Shown here: positions 47,602 to 53,653 of the stretch, one piece after another | Position numbering within the stretch: the stretch's first letter is position 1 | How the letters are laid out: each line of letters starts with the position of its first letter | The notes under the pieces: generated by a model | The model's input: only the letters and a program-made list of their open reading frames with translations | Told to the model about the DNA's origin: nothing | The model's database searches: none | Virus record (IMG/VR): IMGVR_UViG_3300037160_000193 | Span: 1-53,653 of that record | From: a virus | Lineage: Duplodnaviria > Caudoviricetes | DNA length: 53,653 nucleotides | Strand: one strand, 5' to 3' | Position numbers and translations under genes: made by a program

Positions 47602-48178
47602 TCTTCGGCGCTCTCCAAAACTGACCCAGCCATACTCTCCAAAAATGACCCAGGCATTCTGAGCTGACCCTCCGCAGAGTTTGCGTGTCTGGGCTGCCCG
47701 CCTCGGAAGCTTTGCTCGGGTCGAGCTCCGTCACGAAGCCGTTCTCATTGAAAACGCCCCGATGAGGCGTTCCGCCACCGGCCTGCTCGCCGGGATAGTT
47801 GAAGAATTCCGCTTCCCAGGCGGTAAGGGCATGGCGGGCGCTGACCGCAAGGGAATTGGGCAGCACCCTGACAATCACCTTGGAGTCGATGGTGTCGCCG
47901 TCCCTGGCCACGCAGCGCCCCATGAAGAGCCCGCTATGGACCGCTACCCCCTTGGGATCCAGCCACCGCAGAACGAATGCCTCTTCCTGTGAGGCGTTTC
48001 GGGCGCGCGCATCGATGAACGTACCCGCATCGATCACATGGCCGCAGAGGTTCGCTCCCGGCTTCGCCGATCCTTGGCCCGGTTGCGCGTTTGCATTCGG
48101 CTCAGCCGGTGTCTTAGTCTGTGCCCATATCGCTGAAGGCAGCAAAGCCGCCGACAGTAAAATCATCATCGTTCTCAT
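47543..48178 (-). CDS. Hypothetical exported protein; C-terminus runs into the IS-like end
   Basis: AAGGAG RBS and signal peptide MRTMMILLSAALLPSAIWA-Q. The last ~40 codons are read through the IS end and integrase remnant. Confidence 0.65.
   Translation of the reverse strand: MRTMMILLSAALLPSAIWAQTKTPAEPNANAQPGQGSAKPGANLCGHVIDAGTFIDARARNASQEEAFVLRWLDPKGVAVHSGLFMGRCVARDGDTIDSKVIVRVLPNSLAVSARHALTAWEAEFFNYPGEQAGGGTPHRGVFNENGFVTELDPSKASEAGSPDTQTLRRVSSECLGHFWRVWLGQFWRAPKNGPLARQPPHVYHGPGRER
47599..47653. mobile_element. IS21-family-like terminal remnant
   Basis: Tandem 19-bp repeats CTCTCCAAAA(C/A)TGACCCAG at 47611-47629 and 47635-47653, starting about 10 bp from the integrase breakpoint. AAAAxTGACCC repeats are typical of IS21 ends. 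No istA/istB present. Confidence 0.6.
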
Positions 48179-48194
48179 ACTTTCGTCTCCTTTG

Positions 48195-48668
48195 TCATGA
48201 ATTGAAGTACCTACCGAAAATCACGATGGCGCTGGGGAACGGAGCGGAATTCCTCGCTTGGCCGAATTTCAGGCGTCCGCGCAGAAACCACACCTGGCCG
48301 CGCCTTGCATAGTCCTGCCACCAGCGAGTGTCCGTTCGCGCAGGTAAAAGGCAGACTACTCGCGTCCCTTCACGCGATTCCTCGAAGGCTTTACGCACCC
48401 ACGCTCCGATGTTTCGGCCGTAGGGCGGATTGACGAAGACCTTCCCCTCCCAACGCTGGGCAAGTCCGTTTTCGCCCCTCGTGAAAAAGCGCGCGCACTT
48501 AGCGTTCGCCCTTGTTGCACACGGATCGAGAGTGAAGCCGCCAAAAATCCAGGCCAGCTCGTCAAAGAGCGCCTGAGGTGTTTCCCAGTCATCCGTCGCG
48601 CTCGAAAAGTGAACGCTCAGGCCCGCCATATTTTCCTTTTCTCCTGCGATCTCTGTGCTTGCCGCCAT
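48195..48668 (-). CDS. Phage-type DNA N6-adenine methyltransferase (Dam family)
   Basis: DDWETPQ, FTLDPCA, VFVNPPYG, LLPARTDT.WW and FLRGRLKF motifs. Confidence 0.9.
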   Translation of the reverse strand: MAASTEIAGEKENMAGLSVHFSSATDDWETPQALFDELAWIFGGFTLDPCATRANAKCARFFTRGENGLAQRWEGKVFVNPPYGRNIGAWVRKAFEESREGTRVVCLLPARTDTRWWQDYARRGQVWFLRGRLKFGQARNSAPFPSAIVIFGRYFNS

Positions 48669-48800
48669 CGCCTTCCTTCGTCTCCGGTGGCTTTAGATTG
48701 CGGCATTCCGAGGCGAGTGAAAATCCCGCAAACGTTTGGTTGAAGAGGGCTTATCAGCTTTGGTAAGCTTGCGTGAGGCTGCGTGGGCTAACGCAAGACT

Positions 48801-49986
48801 ATGGCGCAAGACGCTCAGGAACACATCGCGCTGGTTCAGAGAATCCTTGCCACCCCAGCGTTCACGAAAGCCCCTTTGCGCAAGGCGCTCCTCGCCTATC
48901 TCTTCGAGCATCGGGAGACCTCTGAATCTGGACAGAAAACATTGCGTTTCATCCCCGGCAAGGAGATCGCACACAAGGTTTTTAAAATCTCGGACAAGGA
49001 GTTTCTCTACGATGCGGCACGCGTGCCAAAGTTGCCTCGATTTGCGCGCGGAGCTGGACGACTACAACCGGAATAACGCCGAGCGCTGGCACTGCGGGCT
49101 GCCGGATGCGGTACGCGGGGAAGGCTATCAGCTCCGCTTTGTCAAAGCCCCTCAGCACTCACCGGCGACCAATTTGTTCTGGGAAGCGCATCGGTCCTCC
49201 GGTCGCGAAATAACTGCCGTATGCGATCCGCTGCTGTTCTTTCACGATTTCCCAAATGGCAAACTATTTCGGTTTGTCGATACGAATATCGAAGAACCAA
49301 GCCGGAGCAAAGCATTGGCAGAGCTGAAAAGCCTGCACCATGACGATTTCAGCAATGAACTTCATCCGGGACACTTTTATGTAGAGTTGGGCGCGATCCT
49401 GGCCGCGAAATCCATCCGGGAGTATTTCTGGCGGGAAGGCCGGTTGCGCGTGCCGATGGTGTTGAGCAAGGAAATGACAAGGCGGCAATTGCTTGACTCT
49501 TCGCCAGTGCTTATCGGTACCGTGCGGACCAATAATTTCATGCGGCAGATATTCTCTTCGCCGGCGGACACAGGCATGGTGGCCTATCGGCTGGACCCCG
49601 ACCATTTCGCGTGGGTGACGATTGATACACGAAAGGTGTCCGGGGTCGAATCCCTGGAAAAGCTTGGGATGACGACCGATGCTACCGGCAAGGGCGTTCT
49701 CATAACGCCCTCGGAGGGAATGACGCTTGGAATCGTCACCAGGATCGTCAATCCGGACGGGCATGGCGCCATCACTTTCATTTCCTCGGATGCTAGCTTG
49801 AATCTGAAGCAGATGGCTCAGGCGCTGACCGACGAAAAACAACTCCAGCGGATATTTATGCAAATGGGCCGCTCACTGGATGATCCCCTTCCCGCCTCGT
49901 TCGAGATGCTGTTTCTCGTCCGGCTTGCGCCAGGCAACCTTGATGACGAAGCGGGCCAGGCACAGTTGCTCAGCTGGCGCATGTAA
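48801..49986 (+). pseudogene. HTH-domain regulatory protein with a frameshift near 49025
   Basis: ATG 48801 frame (VQRILATPAFTKAPLRKALLAYLFE...EIAHKVF...AARV) joins the other frame (QSCLDLRAELDDY...GYQLRF) to form one continuous wHTH-like domain. Confidence 0.7.
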
Positions 49987-50364
49987 TTACCGATTTCTTG
50001 TTTTAGGCGCGATCAAAGTAACGGGCTTTGTATCCCCGTCTCTGCCGACGCCCATCACGTCGGAGATAAGATCGCCCAGCGCCTGTTCCGCGCGCGTATC
50101 ACCTGTGGCCGCCACATGCTTCATAGTCTCCTTCGCGATGAGTCCCATCTCGGTGAGTGCCGTGTGCACGGGAAAAGCCTTACCCGCGGCGAGATCCTGC
50201 AAATTCTCACGTATCTCTGAACTAAAGTGCGGGCTGTCGTGAACCATCGCCTCCAGCCGCGCGAAGCTTCTGGTCACGACCGGAGAGAATTGGATCGTCG
50301 CGTTGTCCGCGTCGATTTCAGTGCCTTTGCTCAGATGCTTCGACGCGCCGAGTCTTGCCGTCAT
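49987..50364 (-). CDS. Hypothetical protein
   Basis: ATG 50364 with AAAGGG upstream. Convergent with and abutting the previous gene; divergent from xis. Confidence 0.5.
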   Translation of the reverse strand: MTARLGASKHLSKGTEIDADNATIQFSPVVTRSFARLEAMVHDSPHFSSEIRENLQDLAAGKAFPVHTALTEMGLIAKETMKHVAATGDTRAEQALGDLISDVMGVGRDGDTKPVTLIAPKTRNR

Positions 50365-50522
50365 TGCGAGTCCCTTTCCAAAGTTGAGAAGCAAGCAGTA
50401 TAGGCCCGCAATTTCTTAAGACAAGTTAAGCTTTTGTGACACGTCTGCCTGACGACGTCAGCTAAGGCAGCCTCACGCACGGCCTATCGCGGCGCTCCCG
50501 TTTATCACCGGATACTGCGCTC

Positions 50523-50732
50523 ATGGGAGCCCAACCAAGTCAGGCGGGAATACTGACGGTGCCTGAAGTCGCGCAGGAACTTCGATGCTCCAAGGCGCAT
50601 GTGCACAATCTCATTCACGGCAAGGTGCTCGGTGTCACGCCCCTGCCCTCCCTGTGGCTGGGACGCCGCCGCCTCATTTTGCGCGCGAATTTCGAGGAAT
50701 GGCTCCGCGCATGCGAAAAATACCCCGGATAA
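50523..50732 (+). CDS. Excisionase-like HTH protein
   Basis: ILTVPEVAQELRCSKAHVHNLI...LGRRRLI...FEEWL. Directly upstream of the integrase. Confidence 0.85.
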   Translation: MGAQPSQAGILTVPEVAQELRCSKAHVHNLIHGKVLGVTPLPSLWLGRRRLILRANFEEWLRACEKYPG

Positions 50733-50787
50733 ATGCTATGATCCGATCGAACCGGATGACCGCCGCAGGCGCACGGAAAGGACAAAC

Positions 50788-51894
50788 GTGCACAGGCAAC
50801 GTCATCAGAAAGGCAGTTTGCAGGTAAGGCAGCACGGGGATCGCAAAATGTGGGTTTTGCTCTATCGCGACGGAGACACCCGGAAATACGCAACGCTGGG
50901 TCAATATTCCAAGATGAGCAAGAGCGAGGCGCAAGCCAAGCGGGACGAGCTGATAGCGGAAGCGAACGCCCGCAATGCTAAGGCTCCAGATCCTCAGATC
51001 ACTTTCGGGGAGTTCCTCAATGGAGTTGCTCTCCCGTTCCTGCGTTCAAAATGGAAGCGGTCTACCGCCGCGACCACGGAGAACCGCATTCAACATCACT
51101 TGGGACGCGAGTTCGGGGAAAGACGGCTAACCGATCTGGGTTTGAAGGAACTGCAGGCGTTCCTGAGAGTCAAGGCGGAGACGCTATCGCGCAGCGTCGT
51201 GGCGCATCTGCGCTGGGATCTGCGAAGTGTCTTCCGGCTGGCGCTTGCGGAAGGCTATACCGACCGCGACCCGACAGCGGCGCTATTCACGCCGAAGGAG
51301 GCAGCCCCCGCCCCCTCCCCCATCGATGAGCAAAGAGGAGGTGGAACATTACATCAATGCATTAGACCTACGCGAGCGCGTTATCGCTCTGCTTGCGATA
51401 TTCGTGGGTATGCGTCCCGGCGAGATTCTGGCTCTCAAGCGCCGCCATGTGAGCGGCGACTGCACGAAGGCCAGGATCGAACAGCGACTCTACCGCGGCG
51501 ATATCGATACACCGAAGACGACCAACTCCACCCGCACCGTCGCCATTCCGCCCAAGACGGCCAGCCGTTTGAAGGAATGGATGGAGCTGGTGCCCGAGAA
51601 CCCAGAGGCCTGGGTATTCGCTTCGGAGAACCCCGCACGCCGATGTGGCGGGACAATGTGTGGTACCGGCACATGAAGCCCTGGCTGGAAGCAGTCGGAC
51701 TTCAATGGGCCACGTTTCAGGTGCTGCGCAGAACCCATGCCAGTCTCGGACACGATGCGGGAATCGATCCCAAAGTCGCGGCCGACCAGCGCGGGCATGG
51801 TATCGGCGTGGCGATTGATGTTTATACCAAGGCGGCTCTGTCCAAGCGCGCCGAAGCGGCAGAACGGCTGGAAAATGCAGTTCTCACCGCTTAA
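50788..51894 (+). pseudogene. Tyrosine integrase with two compensating frameshifts
   Basis: GTG 50788 with AAAGGA RBS. GMRPGEI and TPKT lie in the 51227 frame, while LRRT, QRGH and DVYT lie in the 50599 frame. Shifts occur near the C runs at ~51305-51325 and ~51630-51640. Confidence 0.85.
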
Positions 51895-51950
51895 CTGAGT
51901 GAAATGGAGTGAAGGAAGTTGCTGGTTTCTCGTAAGTTATTGAAAAGAAA

Positions 51951-52000
51951 TGGAGCGGGAGACCGGATTCGAACCGGCGACGTCCAGCTTGGGAAGCTAG
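51951..52000 (-). other. tRNA-Gly(CCC) 3' half (att core)
   Basis: Reverse complement CTAGCTTCCCAAGCTGGACGTCGCCGGTTCGAATCCGGTCTCCCGCTCCA has an intact anticodon arm, T arm and CCA. The D arm and 5' acceptor strand are absent. Confidence 0.9.
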
Positions 52001-52156
52001 ACTGCGATTGATAATAGAGAACTTTGGCGTTCAACGCGGTGAATCCTGACCACATAAACCCACCGGAAAAACAGGTTTACTGTTCGCGACCGAGTAAAAG
52101 CAGTAAGCGCAGTAACAACCCGATTAGCGGATTTCGCCCTTTAAGAACCCCCCAGA

Positions 52157-52189
52157 CACGAAAGGCGCCGTCATAAGCGGCGCCTCGTG
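52157..52189. terminator. Strong hairpin, possible terminator
   Basis: CACG-AA-AGGCGCCG-TCATAAG-CGGCGCCT-CGTG. No clear U tract. Confidence 0.4.
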
Positions 52190-52454
52190 AACTATCCGAA
52201 AGGGCAACCGATGGCCAAGACGGTATCGGCTAGGGACAGTCTACCCCAACACGAAGACCAAAAACAACCAACTCAGGGCTCAAGAATGGATTCCCGGCAA
52301 CCATGAGCCCGACCGTTGAGTGCGGTGTCCGAACAACCCCAGAAACGCCCGGGGGCAGGCTGTGGTGCGATCCAAATGCAGGCAATGGGATTCGGCGTGC
52401 GGCTCTGCTAGAAAGGTGGTTCTCCTTTGTTCCAAAGAAAGGAAGAAGGAGAAC

Positions 52455-52595
52455 ATGTTAAGACGGCGACCCCAGGACTACTCCCTGGTCGGAAAAGTTG
52501 TTGAGCAACACTTTTCGGGTTGCAGCGAACTCACCGATAGGTTCGCTCATGGCCTCCCTCATCCGTCTTGTGGCGCTCGGAGTGCGTTGTTATGA
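52455..52595 (+). CDS. Putative leader peptide (46 aa) coupled to rep
   Basis: AAGGAG RBS at 52446, ATG 52455, and a stop that overlaps the rep ATG (ATGA at 52592-52595). Confidence 0.5.
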   Translation: MLRRRPQDYSLVGKVVEQHFSGCSELTDRFAHGLPHPSCGARSALL

Positions 52596-53653
52596 GTCCG
52601 GGGGCAGCCAGCGCCGGCGCTGCTCCAAAGGTCGGGCAGTCCTTTAATCCATTTCACCTTTTTGTGGGGAGTTTCATCCCGGAGGCCCTGTCCAGATACA
52701 GAGGTCTTTCGCCCGGCGCCAAACTCGTATACGGCCGCCTGGCACGCTTCGCGGGCAGGAACGGCATTGCATATCCAGCGATCCCCACGCTAGCGCGCGA
52801 GGTGGGCCTGGGACCCACCACAACTCGCGAGTACGCAAGAGAGTTGGAGACCAAGGGGTTCATTTCGATCGATCGAAAGGAACTCCACTACCGGAAGGAT
52901 GGCAGCGGCGGATCAAATGGATATCGATTTCTGTGGCATGAGGCATTTGCTGGCGAGGTTGGTAACTGCAGAAAGGTGCCTCCACGAGCGGCCCCCACCC
53001 ACCCCTCCGCAAAACCGGAGGGGTCTCCCCTCCCCAAAACCGGAGGGGTCCACCCTTCCGCAAAACCGGAGGGAAAGAGAGTCAACTCATCCTCAAGAGA
53101 GTCAGGGTTAAGAGAATCAGTGCCTGCGCCGGCGTCTCCGCCCGGTCCGACACCAAAAGTTTCACCCATTCCAAATGCTGATGATGAGCCCCCCCCATTG
53201 AGGCCCCCCCACCCCGACCCGGAAACCGAATTCCGCACCCGCATGCTGGAACGCCATGGATCCGCAGCGGACTTGAGCCTTCGCGTAGACCCGGACCGCC
53301 TTCTCCGCATTGTCCGAAAGGCCCTAAAGAACGAAACACTTGCCCGCTTCCTGGAGGTTGATTTTGTGGCTACGACGCCGTCCGCCATACAGAAGCCCAT
53401 GGCTTACTACACCTGGCTAGCGCGCGAAGTCGGGGGCCAAAAAGACGCTGAGACCATCGCCGGACTCGTAAAGACGACGGAGTCGGGAACCAAATTCATC
53501 GGACCACAAAAAGTCGCGCACATCCCCCAATGCACCATGTGCAAAGACGGTCTCCTGCCAGGGAACACCTACTGCACCTGCAAGACCGGCCAAACCAAAA
53601 AACAGCTCGATAGCTTTCGTGCCGCGAAGGCAACCGGCGGGGCTGGGGCCTGA
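52592..53653 (+). CDS. HTH-domain replication initiator-like protein
   Basis: LSPGAKLVYGRL...AYPAIPTLAREVGLG...ARELETKGFI...SNGY is an N-terminal wHTH of phage/plasmid initiators. Internal iterons. C-terminal CxxC...CxC. Confidence 0.75.
   Translation: MSPGAASAGAAPKVGQSFNPFHLFVGSFIPEALSRYRGLSPGAKLVYGRLARFAGRNGIAYPAIPTLAREVGLGPTTTREYARELETKGFISIDRKELHYRKDGSGGSNGYRFLWHEAFAGEVGNCRKVPPRAAPTHPSAKPEGSPLPKTGGVHPSAKPEGKRVNSSSRESGLRESVPAPASPPGPTPKVSPIPNADDEPPPLRPPHPDPETEFRTRMLERHGSAADLSLRVDPDRLLRIVRKALKNETLARFLEVDFVATTPSAIQKPMAYYTWLAREVGGQKDAETIAGLVKTTESGTKFIGPQKVAHIPQCTMCKDGLLPGNTYCTCKTGQTKKQLDSFRAAKATGGAGA
53002..53074 (+). repeat. Three 22-bp iteron-like repeats inside rep
   Basis: CCC(C/T)TCC(G/C)CAAAACCGGAGGG(G/A) at 53002, 53027 and 53053. 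Each copy is an imperfect palindrome. Confidence 0.85.

Noticed and set aside
50599-51894. The 431-aa ORF as an intact integrase
   Set aside because: Its middle third is out of frame; the catalytic Arg and Lys motifs lie in the overlapping 51227 frame.
46866-52000. Functional tRNA genes
   Set aside because: All four tRNA-like segments lack the 5' acceptor strand and D arm, so they are reported as att fragments.
47611-53074. Short repeat sets (47611-47653, 53002-53074) as CRISPR arrays
   Set aside because: Only 2-3 copies with 3-5-bp gaps, no spacers and no cas genes.

Overview
GC-rich bacterial DNA made almost entirely of mobile elements. The gene content suggests an Acidobacteriota-type host (my inference, not tested). 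Bases 1 to ~46.9 kb are a lambda-like, long non-contractile-tailed prophage read mostly on the minus strand. In order from the left it carries tail tip/fibre genes, tape measure, frameshifting tail chaperones, tail tube, head-tail genes, a protease-capsid fusion, portal, terminase with a cos-like site, DUF3489, an MTase, a truncated primase-helicase, a sigma-like gene, and a DUF2924/serine recombinase module. It continues off the left edge, and no lysis genes or clear cI repressor are visible. Four likely defence cargoes sit inside it: (1) an HNH + DGQH(K) ParB-like fusion inserted antisense in the tail operon; (2) a TIR-NB-ARC-TPR NLR-like gene inserted just before the tape measure gene; (3) a McrA-like HNH nuclease; (4) the best novelty candidate, a tightly coupled four-gene operon of SMC/Rad50-like ABC ATPase, small wHTH-like protein, PD-(D/E)xK nuclease and SPPY DNA methyltransferase. 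From 46.9 kb onward is an accretion zone with tRNA-Asn and tRNA-Gly 3' fragments (att scars), an integrase remnant cut by an IS21-like end, a Dam MTase, xis/int, and the start of another replicon (rep with internal iterons and a coupled leader peptide). Several frameshifts may be decay or sequencing error. All family assignments come from motif recognition by eye; no searches were run.
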